A stretch of 27,376 bases of DNA from an uncultured Deinococcales bacterium (GCA_964247135.1 CAXTTL010000035.1:1-27376); one strand, 5' to 3'. Counted from the stretch's first letter, positions 17,021-26,151 are shown. Notes: generated from the letters alone by a model not told the origin. Numbers and translations: made by a program.

Positions 17021-18952
17021 TCAATTTAAATTCACGAAGACCATCGCCGCGTCCTCAAAAACATCCGGCACTTCACCGAGTTCCGTCCGAAACCGCGAAC
17101 GCAACCGCTCGAGTTCCTGCGTGGCATGACCGCTGCCTTCAAGTCCATAGACCGCTTTGAGCAACATAATCGCAATGCTGGCATCGACGGGATTGACCTC
17201 GAGCAAGGCGCGAGCCAAGTTGCGACACGCCTCGAACGAGCCTCGAGCCAAGAGGTCTTCAATCACGTTTAATCCAGCGCTGCTCAATTCCCACTCGAGT
17301 TCGCTCCTGAAGTTGATGACCCATTCGCTTTCCGAGTTTGGCAAGAAGCGCCCCGCGTGGAGGGCAAGCGCCCGTTGCAAACTGCCTTCGGTTTTCAAAC
17401 TCAGGGCGCGTTTGACCTCCGCCGCATCCCACTGGACGCGCATGCCTGGATGCTCGAGCTGGTAGGTACGTGTGGAACTATCAAACGGGATCGCCAAGCC
17501 TTTCAAATGCAGTCGGATAAAATCGCGAATCACATGGACGTGTTTTCGCCCGTGGGTCGGGGATTTGTCGCCAAAGACATTGGTTTGCAATTGCTCAAGT
17601 TGGCAGTGTTGGTTGGTCAGCATGTAGGCGATCAGTTCGACCGTCCGCGCCAAGCCCGAGGTCACATGGACCCGATGCCCGTCGAGCGACAATCCGATCT
17701 CGCCCAGGGTCGTGAGTTGGAGGGTTCTTGGGGCGTGCTGCTCGAGCGCCCGCCAGTCGTCGAGCAGGATTCGGGCGTAGGCATCGCCGGGCAAGACCGT
17801 AAGATTTTCAAAGACATAGGGCAAATCCCGTACTTCAAGGGCGAAACTCCCGCCAGCGCCGCAGGCGTGCCTCGCATCGCTGGCGCGTCTGAGGGCGCTG
17901 TTGGCTTGACCGCGTTGCTCGAGGCGGTAATGCAGCTCGGCGATCTGCAAGCAGACCAAACCCAGCTCGCGCTCGAGTCCGAGTCGCTGAAACGTCTCAA
18001 CCGCCCGCTCGAGCAAGGGCAGGGCATCGGGGTTGTCGGCACGCACCAGCAGCGCCCCGTAATCCCAATCGAGGTGTGCCAGTTCGATGGGCGAATCGTG
18101 GTTGACCAGCCCTTTGGCGCGGCTCAAATGGGCGCGAGCCACCACCAACGCCTGGGTGGAGAGGGCGACATGGGCGGCATAAACTTCGGCATAAAATTCG
18201 GCTTCGGGTTCACGCCGTTCTCGCGCCAGGGCGGCGCATTCGAGAAAGGCAATCATGGCCTGCTCGTACAAACCGCTGAACAACAACCATTGCCCCTCGC
18301 GGTAACGCAGGTGTCCCAGAAAACTGGTTTGGCACTCGCCGACTCGGGCTTCACTCAGGTCGGCTTTGGAGGCGATCAGGTCGCCCAAATTCATGTGGCA
18401 GATCGCCCGTTGGGTCAGCAGTTCGACGCGGCGGTTCGGTGTGGCTCGCTCGAGGCTGAGGTTGAGGTGGTCAATCGCCCGCCCATCCTGACCGGCATGG
18501 GCGAGGACATAGCCCAGCAGTGAACTGAGGCCTGGCTTTAAAAACGCCGCACTGGGTTGGCTGGCCGTCTCGAGGGCACGTTCGAGGGCGTGAACCGCCT
18601 GGCGGTATTCGCCTTTGGCGTACAAAATCGCGCCGCGTTCGCGCTCGAGCAAGCACCAGCCAATCGCATCCAACTCGGACGGCTTGATCGTCTCGAGGAT
18701 TTCCTCGGCTCTGGCTGGCTGACCCAAGATTCGGTAGACCGTGGCGAGCAGCACTCCAGCCGCTTCAAAGCCCAAGGCTCGAGCATGGTTCAGCCGCTCG
18801 AGGGCTTCGACATTTCGTCCCAGGTGGGCCAGGCACAAGCCCGCCCAGCCACCGTCCTCGGCGCTGGGATCGGTCAAGCCCAGAAAATGTTCGTATCCAA
18901 GGGCGTATTGCCCAGTGGCGACACAGTCTTTGATGGTGGTGTGGTTCAACAT
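17021..18952 (-). CDS. TPR-repeat / winged-helix / BTAD transcriptional regulator
   Basis: About 400 aa of TPR-like helical repeats; then LQLTTLGEIGLSLDG...ELIAYML (OmpR/SARP-type wHTH); then WDAAEV...LALHAGRFLPNSESEW...LLEVNPVD (BTAD). Confidence 0.88.
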   Translation of the reverse strand: MLNHTTIKDCVATGQYALGYEHFLGLTDPSAEDGGWAGLCLAHLGRNVEALERLNHARALGFEAAGVLLATVYRILGQPARAEEILETIKPSELDAIGWCLLERERGAILYAKGEYRQAVHALERALETASQPSAAFLKPGLSSLLGYVLAHAGQDGRAIDHLNLSLERATPNRRVELLTQRAICHMNLGDLIASKADLSEARVGECQTSFLGHLRYREGQWLLFSGLYEQAMIAFLECAALARERREPEAEFYAEVYAAHVALSTQALVVARAHLSRAKGLVNHDSPIELAHLDWDYGALLVRADNPDALPLLERAVETFQRLGLERELGLVCLQIAELHYRLEQRGQANSALRRASDARHACGAGGSFALEVRDLPYVFENLTVLPGDAYARILLDDWRALEQHAPRTLQLTTLGEIGLSLDGHRVHVTSGLARTVELIAYMLTNQHCQLEQLQTNVFGDKSPTHGRKHVHVIRDFIRLHLKGLAIPFDSSTRTYQLEHPGMRVQWDAAEVKRALSLKTEGSLQRALALHAGRFLPNSESEWVINFRSELEWELSSAGLNVIEDLLARGSFEACRNLARALLEVNPVDASIAIMLLKAVYGLEGSGHATQELERLRSRFRTELGEVPDVFEDAAMVFVNLN

Positions 18953-19059
18953 TGGTTTTTGCGTCGCTCAACCGAATTGGACATTTTTTGGATTTTCTTG
19001 CACGGGCGTTGATCGTGCGGATCATAACCTGCCGACGATTCATCGAAACGGAGGCAGGT

Positions 19060-19179
19060 ATGAAATTCATCCACAAGCATTGGTTGATGTTTTTGGCGAC
19101 GCTCGTCCTTGGAGCGCTGCAAGTGGCGCTCGCGCACGGCGGCGGTGCCAGCGGTGGGGGCGGTTTACCAGGGGGTTAA
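19060..19179 (+). CDS. 39-aa secreted Gly-rich propeptide, candidate signalling peptide
   Basis: GGAGG-caggt-ATG 19060; MKFIHKHWLMFLATLVLGALQVALA/HGGGASGGGGLPGG with an A-x-A cleavage site; divergent from the TPR regulator. Confidence 0.75.
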   Translation: MKFIHKHWLMFLATLVLGALQVALAHGGGASGGGGLPGG

Positions 19180-19219
19180 AGCTTGAGGGATCACTTGAGC
19201 CTGAGTTGAGGGCTGTGCG

Positions 19220-19252
19220 TTGGGGCGCTGAGAACTTGATTGATCGCCCCAA
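19220..19252. terminator. Possible hairpin between convergent genes
   Basis: TTGGGGCG-N17-CGCCCCAA; no clear U-tract. Confidence 0.25.
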
Positions 19253-19382
19253 TGATCACGGGCTTGATTGACTTGCCATTGATTTGTGGCTTCAAGACGT
19301 TCAATCGAACTGGCATTTGACGTTGACTTGCCACATCGCCATGATGGCTGACCTTGAGACTTGGATTGAGAAAAGCTTGTCT

Positions 19383-19880
19383 TTATCCAGCCATCATATG
19401 CTTTGATTTTTCTTCCAGCGCAAGTTTGGCGATTTGAAGCCATAAGTTGTGAAAACTCGAGCCGAGCGGGGTGACCTCTTCACCTGTGACAATCACGATG
19501 TCCCAGCCTTCAACGATGTGCTCCAGTCCTTCGGCAAGTCGAATCGCCAAGCGGTGTTCGTGCGCTGGATACAGTGAATGGGGGATATCGATTTGTTTTG
19601 AACCTTTGTAGTTCGCGGGTTGATTCTCGAGCAGTTGTCGGATTTCAATCAGTGCCTCGATATCGATTTCGTTGTTTAACTGTGCCATTTCTTGCTCCTT
19701 TTTCTGCGTTGTTGCGACGCTCAGTCGTTTACTTGCTTCGAACCCAAATGGGTCATGTTTACCCTTGCGGCTGCTTCCCTTGACCAAAGTCGAGCCATCT
19801 TCAAGTTGATAAATTTCGCTGGCTCTTGATAGATCGAGTGGGATTTTTAAGACATGGGTTTGGTTTTGTTTGGGTTTCAT
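19383..19880 (-). CDS. Hypothetical protein
   Basis: AAGGAG RBS before ATG 19880 (MKPKQ); a second in-frame AAGGAG-ATG at 19688. Confidence 0.6.
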   Translation of the reverse strand: MKPKQNQTHVLKIPLDLSRASEIYQLEDGSTLVKGSSRKGKHDPFGFEASKRLSVATTQKKEQEMAQLNNEIDIEALIEIRQLLENQPANYKGSKQIDIPHSLYPAHEHRLAIRLAEGLEHIVEGWDIVIVTGEEVTPLGSSFHNLWLQIAKLALEEKSKHMMAG

Positions 19881-19890
19881 CGATGCTCCT

Positions 19891-20406
19891 TCACTGCTTT
19901 GACGTGTCCGATTTCGTATCTTTGGTTTTTGCAACATTCGCTGCCGTTTGCTGTGTTTCCGTAAGCAAATATCCTTTACCTTCAAGGATTAAATTTTCGA
20001 TGCCCTGCATTCGATGGTGTCCGCTGACAAGGATTTGAGAATTAAGCGAACTCCACAATCCGCAAATTTGCTCAAGCGTGAGGTTCAACGGTATCTCGAG
20101 GTTCTCTGGGTGGTTCAACACCTGTTGATAGATTGTGACCGCTGCTGCTGCTTGACCAAGTTTGTGCAAGGTCATGGCACTCTTCAACAAGGTCGCAAAG
20201 TCATTGGGGTGTTCGCTGAGGATTTCGCTGTACAAGTTCTGAGCAGCTTGATAGCGTTGCTGGGCAAAGTACAGATTGCCCAACACGGCTCGATCATCAT
20301 CGTTTTCGTCGAATTGATCAAAGGCGCTGATCAGTGCCCTTTGGGCGGATTGGATGGTTTTGGTGAATTGCGAAAGTTGTTCGATTGGAATGGGCTGTGG
20401 TTTCAT
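19891..20406 (-). CDS. TPR-repeat protein
   Basis: GAGGAGG RBS; LGNLYFAQQRYQAAQNLYSEILSEHPND and AMTLHKLGQAAAAVTIYQQVL TPR motifs. Confidence 0.8.
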   Translation of the reverse strand: MKPQPIPIEQLSQFTKTIQSAQRALISAFDQFDENDDDRAVLGNLYFAQQRYQAAQNLYSEILSEHPNDFATLLKSAMTLHKLGQAAAAVTIYQQVLNHPENLEIPLNLTLEQICGLWSSLNSQILVSGHHRMQGIENLILEGKGYLLTETQQTAANVAKTKDTKSDTSKQ

Positions 20407-20501
20407 GAAGTCCTCCTCGAGCTGATTAGTTCGCAGTTTAAACCTTGAATCTGTGTTGGCGTCAACGGGTGGTTTGAAGCTCTTGTTAAGCGATTGGGGT
20501 T

Positions 20502-20927
20502 TCAGCCGTGCGGAGTGTCAAGCTCTTCAAAAGTCTCAATCTCTTCAAGCGAACTGAGCGCCAAGATGTTTTCGATTCGACCAAGTATTTCGGGCTTTAC
20601 GCGCTTGCTTTCAAGCATCATTCTGACCTCGAGCAACCCCTGGTTCAAGCGCTTGACCTCGAGCCGCAACTGCTCGGCTTCGATTTTAGAGGACTTGGTG
20701 ATCGCCGTGATCTCGTGCTTGATGCGGTCCACCGTGTGGATCAACTTGATGGGTTTGGCGCGTTTGCTGCTGTGACCGTGCCGCACCAGGACGCATTCAA
20801 AAGGGTTGATTCGCAAGATTTCCCAAGCGATGCCGTGATCGGCGGCATTTGTGGGCATTGTGCTGAAACCGTCCTGCTCCTGTTGCGGCAGCGATGACCA
20901 GGACAAGCCAGAAAAACACGGTGGCAT
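20502..20927 (-). CDS. Hypothetical coiled-coil protein, start uncertain or frameshifted
   Basis: C-terminal half is helical. No clear RBS; a TM-containing ORF starting at 20973 overlaps in another frame. Confidence 0.4.
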   Translation of the reverse strand: MPPCFSGLSWSSLPQQEQDGFSTMPTNAADHGIAWEILRINPFECVLVRHGHSSKRAKPIKLIHTVDRIKHEITAITKSSKIEAEQLRLEVKRLNQGLLEVRMMLESKRVKPEILGRIENILALSSLEEIETFEELDTPHG

Positions 20928-21079
20928 AGTTGGGTGAAGTTTTTGGGGTGAGTGGTTGGATTCGCTTGGTCATGGGATTGTTACGCCCTTTGGTTGGAGT
21001 TGGTTTCTGTAGTTATTTGACATCATTTGCGGGGTTTTGGTAAGCAATATTTTGAGTCAAAGTGCTGCTGTTTAGCCAT

Positions 21080-21337
21080 TTACTGTGATGGCGACTTCGT
21101 GTTTTGTGACAGTTTCATTGACCCGAACACGCTTTTCTCAATATCTGTAAACCTGATAAGCCTTGGTTCAGAAAATTCTTTTTGTGTTTGGTTTTGGAGT
21201 ATGCCGGGCAAATCTTCTGGCGTTTGAGGAAGTTTTGCGAAAAATTCCTCCATAAATGCGAGACGGATTTTAAGGTTCGAGCCGCAGCTTGGACAGGTCT
21301 CAAAGGTCGTTGGCGTGCCGCAGTACGGGCAGTTCAT
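21080..21337 (-). CDS. Zinc-ribbon protein
   Basis: CPYCG...CPSCG; ATGA overlap with the padR stop. Confidence 0.7.
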   Translation of the reverse strand: MNCPYCGTPTTFETCPSCGSNLKIRLAFMEEFFAKLPQTPEDLPGILQNQTQKEFSEPRLIRFTDIEKSVFGSMKLSQNTKSPSQ

Positions 21338-21747
21338 AGCGCACCTCGAGTTTGTTTGTCCCCGTTGGTTTGTTGGACGACCGCACAGATAGCCTTATGA
21401 AGCTTTTGGTATTTGGCGAAGCGTTCGGCAAGCATTGTTTTGCCCAATTCGGTGATGTTGTAAGAGGTCACGGGCACGCCTCCCCTCGGCGATGGTTTGG
21501 ACTGAGATTCCAATGCGCCGAGGTACACCAAGCGATGAAGGGCTGGATAAAGTCCGCTGATATTGAGTTTCATCTCAGCATTGGTGATTTCTTCGATGGC
21601 GCGGGTAATTTCGAGTCCGTATAGTGAGCCTTCGCGCTCAAGAACCCCCAGTATAATCATGTCCACACTGCCGCTGAGATGGTCATCTGGATTCATAAAA
21701 CCCTGGGAAGTCAAAACTGATTGTTTTTTCGATTCCGTTTTTTTCAT
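21334..21747 (-). CDS. PadR-family transcriptional regulator
   Basis: IILGVLE...YGLEI...LYPALHRL...YNITELGK; GGAG RBS and ATGA overlap at 21747. Confidence 0.9.
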   Translation of the reverse strand: MKKTESKKQSVLTSQGFMNPDDHLSGSVDMIILGVLEREGSLYGLEITRAIEEITNAEMKLNISGLYPALHRLVYLGALESQSKPSPRGGVPVTSYNITELGKTMLAERFAKYQKLHKAICAVVQQTNGDKQTRGAL

Positions 21748-24077
21748 TTCAACTCCGCATTTAGACGATGTTCGAGTTGCTCGATGATGCTCCTCGCCAG
21801 CAGCCGTGGGGTGTAGCCGTGATAGCTGTGACGCACAAAATGACCGCAATTAAGTTCAATTTCTGGTTTTAAAGTGCCGATGGCGTGACCCGCCAGCCGC
21901 ACGATTTGCACCAGCACGCTGACATTCTCGCCGCGTACCAGATTTCGCAGTTGCTCGAGGCTTGAGTGAATTCGGTATTCTGGCCAGACGACTTCTGACA
22001 GCTCAAAAGCGTGTTGGATTCGGGCAATCATTTCGGGTTGTGGTGTTCCACCAACGATGATCAGTTTTGTTCCTTTGAGGTGTTCGCGGACCTTGAGCAC
22101 CACTTCGTCTTCGTCGGGGTTGTGCTCGTCGCGTTCAGCCTCAATGGGTTGGTTGGCAAACAGTGGTTGCAATTTGACTGGGAAGTCGGCAGGGTTACAG
22201 ATTCCCTTTAACCTTGAACGCCAACCGTCCCATTTGAGATGTCCTGGAATCACCTGATCGTGCGCCAATCTTTGGAGTGCCGCATTGATGGACTCTTGGG
22301 CGTACTCCTGCCCGCTTTCGAGTGCTTGAGCTGCGACTTTTAATTGCTCCCAATGTATTTCACTCTCGTCCGTTGTCTCGAGGTTCATCATGCTGTCTAG
22401 AGCAGTTCGGCATTCGAGCCGTTGGGCTTTAGTGATGATGTCAGCGCTTTTGAGAAAGGGGACAAACATGTTTGGATGATTTGCCAGGATGTCTCGAATG
22501 ACGCGGTACATTGCTTGTTGGGTTTGGTCAACGACTGCGTTGCCAAATCGGTTGCGAATCCAGCATTGAGCGATTGCCGCCCAATGAAGGCGTTCTTTGA
22601 GGTCTTCGAGACTCCATACGTCGTCAAGGAGGCACTCTGCACTGAGGGCCAGGGTTTCAAAGCCTGATGCCAGATTTTGAAGCTGCTCGAGGGAATAGTC
22701 GTTGAGTACAAACGTTGATTCAATTGAAAAGAGTTTTTGATCGTTGAAGCGACCCGAATTTAAGCTGGCAAATTTTGCTTGGGCTTCGTTTAAAATGCGT
22801 CTTAAGGCTTGCCTGGTTAAGTCTGAAAGCCGTGGCGATTCAAAATCAACTGCAGGAGGGGCAGTAAGGGTCCTTACGTCCTCTTGATCGATTTGGAGCT
22901 GGGTGGTGTCTTGGATGGGTGGCTTGGCATCTCTGGCATTGCTGTGGGCGTTGGAAAGGTGTTGCTCGAACCTTGATTCCAGCTCGTCCATTCGCAATGC
23001 AAGTCGCCGTTGAAAATTGTCATCAGCGTGTTGACTGGCTAGGGTTTCAGTTTCAACTGATGTGCGTTGTGATTTCAGCATGGCTCGAGCGTCAAACAAG
23101 TATTGAGCCTGAGTTTCTCGTTGTTGCAGTGAGGTTTTTAAGCTAACCTCGAGCGTTTTAACTTGGTCTGCTAGATTTGCGTTGCTCTGTTTACTTTGCT
23201 CGAGTCTTGATTCCAAGACCTTGATACGCTCGATATTGCCTGTGGCAAGCGCGGTTTTGCGTTCTTCATCTTTGTGAAGCGTTTCTAACTCGAGTTTGTG
23301 TGCCTCGCGTTCTTGCGCAAGCTGCTGTTCCAGAATGTTGATTTGATTTTGCAGTGTTCGAGCGTCAATGTCGCTATTGATGCCCGGGGAAGCGATATCA
23401 TTTGAGGATTTGGTTGTTTTTTGCTTGAGCTTGAAGCGCAGATCATCAATCAGCGCCTGTTGTTCACCAAGGGTTGCTTTGGATTCCAAATACTGTGCTC
23501 GAGCCTCGAGCGCGGCACTGGCAAGTCCTCGGGTGATGGCATATTTGGTGAAAGCAAACAACTGGGTTTGGTCAACTGGTTGAAACAAGTCGAGCACTTT
23601 TGGATCAGCAAAGCGAGCCTCGAGCCTGGTGAGGATTGGTTGAACTTTCGTCCATGCTTCGCTTGGTTGGACCTGTGGTCTTGGCACAATATCGGCAAAA
23701 AACGATTCGGGCAACAACTCCGCCACGCGTTTGAGTCGTTGTCTCCAAGCCCAAGTGCAATGCTCGAGCGGTTCGAGCTGCTTGGCTGCCAACAGGTCCG
23801 GTTCGTGATGGTAAAGCAAACCAAAGACGATAGCAGAAAGTAAAAGCGGTTCTCGCTTGCGGATGGCGTGAAGGTTTTCAGTCACCCTGGTGACCGTCAA
23901 TTCCTTGATTGGAAGTCCGAAGATTTTTTCGCAAGACCCTCGGGGCTTGCGTTGGTAAAACGTTTTGATGCCCTCGAGCAGTTGAAATGGGTTGGCATCC
24001 TCAAGAAAGCCGAGCAGTTCGTCATGCAAGGCTGCGTGGGTCAGATCGTGCGTGGCGAGCAATAGGTGTTTGGACAT
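21744..24077 (-). CDS. Large coiled-coil protein with C-terminal DUF2325-like alpha/beta domain
   Basis: Long heptad region at about aa 190-380; C-terminal KGTKLIIVGG...VLVQIVRLAGH...FVR; TAATG coupling to the upstream gene. Confidence 0.7.
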   Translation of the reverse strand: MSKHLLLATHDLTHAALHDELLGFLEDANPFQLLEGIKTFYQRKPRGSCEKIFGLPIKELTVTRVTENLHAIRKREPLLLSAIVFGLLYHHEPDLLAAKQLEPLEHCTWAWRQRLKRVAELLPESFFADIVPRPQVQPSEAWTKVQPILTRLEARFADPKVLDLFQPVDQTQLFAFTKYAITRGLASAALEARAQYLESKATLGEQQALIDDLRFKLKQKTTKSSNDIASPGINSDIDARTLQNQINILEQQLAQEREAHKLELETLHKDEERKTALATGNIERIKVLESRLEQSKQSNANLADQVKTLEVSLKTSLQQRETQAQYLFDARAMLKSQRTSVETETLASQHADDNFQRRLALRMDELESRFEQHLSNAHSNARDAKPPIQDTTQLQIDQEDVRTLTAPPAVDFESPRLSDLTRQALRRILNEAQAKFASLNSGRFNDQKLFSIESTFVLNDYSLEQLQNLASGFETLALSAECLLDDVWSLEDLKERLHWAAIAQCWIRNRFGNAVVDQTQQAMYRVIRDILANHPNMFVPFLKSADIITKAQRLECRTALDSMMNLETTDESEIHWEQLKVAAQALESGQEYAQESINAALQRLAHDQVIPGHLKWDGWRSRLKGICNPADFPVKLQPLFANQPIEAERDEHNPDEDEVVLKVREHLKGTKLIIVGGTPQPEMIARIQHAFELSEVVWPEYRIHSSLEQLRNLVRGENVSVLVQIVRLAGHAIGTLKPEIELNCGHFVRHSYHGYTPRLLARSIIEQLEHRLNAELK

Positions 24078-25027
24078 TATTTTCCCCTGTAAAGCCGAGT
24101 TAGAAGTGCCATGCTGGTCGTTTGATTGTTCGAGGTCGGAATTTTAGATTTGAGAGTGCTGAGACTTGGTGAGCTTTGCGTTTGAATTTTTGGCTTTGTC
24201 CGTTGCCTAAATTCTTGGTCGAAGTCATTGAGTTCTACCCCGGCTTTGCGCAGTGCGATCACAATTTGACTGACTCGACTGGGGCACACCCCAAGGCGTT
24301 GGGCAATGTGTCTGTTGTTGCCTCGAAGTTCGTCCCAAATGGCTTCAATGGCTTGTTGGTGTTTTACTTTTTTAGCGTAGGTTTGTAGTGGTACTCCATT
24401 GGTTTTCAGGCGCTTAACGATTTGGTCTGTGCATCCACTGGTCATGTTTCCAGCTTTGGCGATCGACTGAATGTTGCCCTCGAAACGATCCCAATTTGCT
24501 TGAACGAATTCACGACGCCTTTGGGCCAATCCTGTCCAATTGGCATCGACTTTTCGTTTGGACCGTGTCATTTGAGATCTTGTTTGATTGTAGGTTGTCA
24601 GCGGTATGCCACTTGCTCGCAGCAGCAGCACAATCTTTGTTACGTAGCTAATTGAGATTCCTGCGGCTTTGGCGATGGCAGATCGCGAACCTTGATGGCG
24701 ATCCCAATTTTCTTGCACGAACATTCTGTGATTTTTGGCGCTTTGATGTTCTGGCACCGTTAAGATAACGCCTTGTGCCCGCAGTTTGTCCACAATGCTG
24801 TTGACACAGCCTGGGTGCATATTGCCCGCGTTGGCGATGGTGGTTTGATTGCCGTGGAACATGTCCCAGTTTGCCAAAACAAATGCTTTGCGTTGCCACG
24901 CCAGTTCGCGCCGACCAATTGATTCGAGTTTTGTTGTTTTCTTTGGTTTTAAGTTTTTTGAAGGTTTGGAGTCGATTGCGCGATCCACCGCTTTTTGAAC
25001 GGTTTGGGAATTGTTATTGAGGTTCAT
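24077..25027 (-). CDS. Protein with four tandem HTH-like repeats
   Basis: Four copies of FV..NWD...G....IA...(G/N).....V..IV..LR..G(V/I).L; leaderless TACCGT-N6-ATG 25027. Confidence 0.8.
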   Translation of the reverse strand: MNLNNNSQTVQKAVDRAIDSKPSKNLKPKKTTKLESIGRRELAWQRKAFVLANWDMFHGNQTTIANAGNMHPGCVNSIVDKLRAQGVILTVPEHQSAKNHRMFVQENWDRHQGSRSAIAKAAGISISYVTKIVLLLRASGIPLTTYNQTRSQMTRSKRKVDANWTGLAQRRREFVQANWDRFEGNIQSIAKAGNMTSGCTDQIVKRLKTNGVPLQTYAKKVKHQQAIEAIWDELRGNNRHIAQRLGVCPSRVSQIVIALRKAGVELNDFDQEFRQRTKPKIQTQSSPSLSTLKSKIPTSNNQTTSMALLTRLYRGK

Positions 25028-25070
25028 GATTTTACGGTAGCGCAGACCACTGGACACCTGTCAAATTGGG

Positions 25071-25709
25071 CTAAATTTCCCAGAACACTTTGTTAGAAGT
25101 CCAAATTTCACGCATTGATTTCCAGATTGTTTTGACATTTTTATTTGAAATGCCATTGTGTATTCCAAACACGATACGGTTGTCATCCACGACCACCAGC
25201 ACTTTTTTGCCAAGGTGAACAAACTCCATGTTTTGAAGTTCTCCGGTGAGCACCCCAATGTTTTGGTCGTTGAATTTTTTTGTTAGTTCAACGATTTTGC
25301 TGCCAAGACCCCACGAGTCTGCCAACGCCGAGCGTGGTTGACCGAGGTAAGGCACCCCGTCGAGCATTGCGATTAAGAGTGCAAATCCATCAAGCTCCGC
25401 AAATTGTTCAAGATTGTTTTGTTTGGCTTGGAATTCCTCGAGCGCACGAATTGCCAACAGTTGTAAGTCCAAGCTGTCGGCACTGACGTTTGGAACCATT
25501 GCGAGCGTGTTTTCAGTGACGTTAAATTCTAGCGCTTGGAGTGCCAACCATCGGCTCAGGGCTTCAAGTCCAGCCAACCAGCCGAGTTTGGCTTTGATGA
25601 CCCTGCCGTTACGAATCTCGAGACAATCGTGTGGACTTTGAGTGATGGTGATCGTGGCATTTGCACGGGTGATTTCGAGATGCTTGAGTGCTGTTAAAAC
25701 TTTAACCAC
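25071..25709 (-). CDS. DUF4388 (PATAN-like) domain plus roadblock/LC7-like domain protein
   Basis: LEIRNGRVIKAKLGWLAGLEAL...FNV (DUF4388 pattern); C-terminal ALLIAMLDGVP...GELQNMEF (roadblock-like). Confidence 0.65.
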   Translation of the reverse strand: MVKVLTALKHLEITRANATITITQSPHDCLEIRNGRVIKAKLGWLAGLEALSRWLALQALEFNVTENTLAMVPNVSADSLDLQLLAIRALEEFQAKQNNLEQFAELDGFALLIAMLDGVPYLGQPRSALADSWGLGSKIVELTKKFNDQNIGVLTGELQNMEFVHLGKKVLVVVDDNRIVFGIHNGISNKNVKTIWKSMREIWTSNKVFWEI

Positions 25710-26151
25710 GTTGGTTCATTTCCATGGCGATTTGAATGCTGCGCCGCATTCGTTCGATGCCGTTGGCAAGCTCTGAGATTTCATCGTTGCCTTTGCCCCT
25801 AAGACTTTTGTGAATCTCACCATTTGAAATCTCGACTGTTCTGGTGGCGATGCGTTGTATGCGGTAGACCAGTTTGAGTTCAATATGGTTCTTGATTTGG
25901 TAAAAACACCAGCCAAACATGACGCTTGTGAAGAGGACACAAAAGATTGCACGCAAGGTGTTGTTGTTGATGGTTGCGACGATCATTTGAATGCAGATCG
26001 AGCCGACAAAGGCGGCAACCCATAATTGTCTGAGCATGGTTTGGAAAGTATCGATCACTCGAGTTTTGCTGACTTCTTGTTCTATGAGGGTATCGGTGGT
26101 CGAAATTTCTCGGTAGACGACATCAGTCGGGTGTTTGGGTGGGTTGTTCAT
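25702..26151 (-). CDS. Two-TM HAMP-domain protein without output domain
   Basis: Two TM helices, then RIQRIATRTVEISNGEI...NDEISELANGIERMRRSI. Confidence 0.82.
   Translation of the reverse strand: MNNPPKHPTDVVYREISTTDTLIEQEVSKTRVIDTFQTMLRQLWVAAFVGSICIQMIVATINNNTLRAIFCVLFTSVMFGWCFYQIKNHIELKLVYRIQRIATRTVEISNGEIHKSLRGKGNDEISELANGIERMRRSIQIAMEMNQRG

Noticed and set aside
17357-18523. 388-aa plus-strand ORF
   Set aside because: Antisense shadow of the GC-rich TPR-BTAD gene; no recognisable motifs.
20800-20973. 58-aa ORF with a TM-like stretch (MTKRIQPL...VFFWLVLVIAAA)
   Set aside because: It could be a real small gene or a frameshifted start of 20502-20927; this cannot be resolved from sequence alone.
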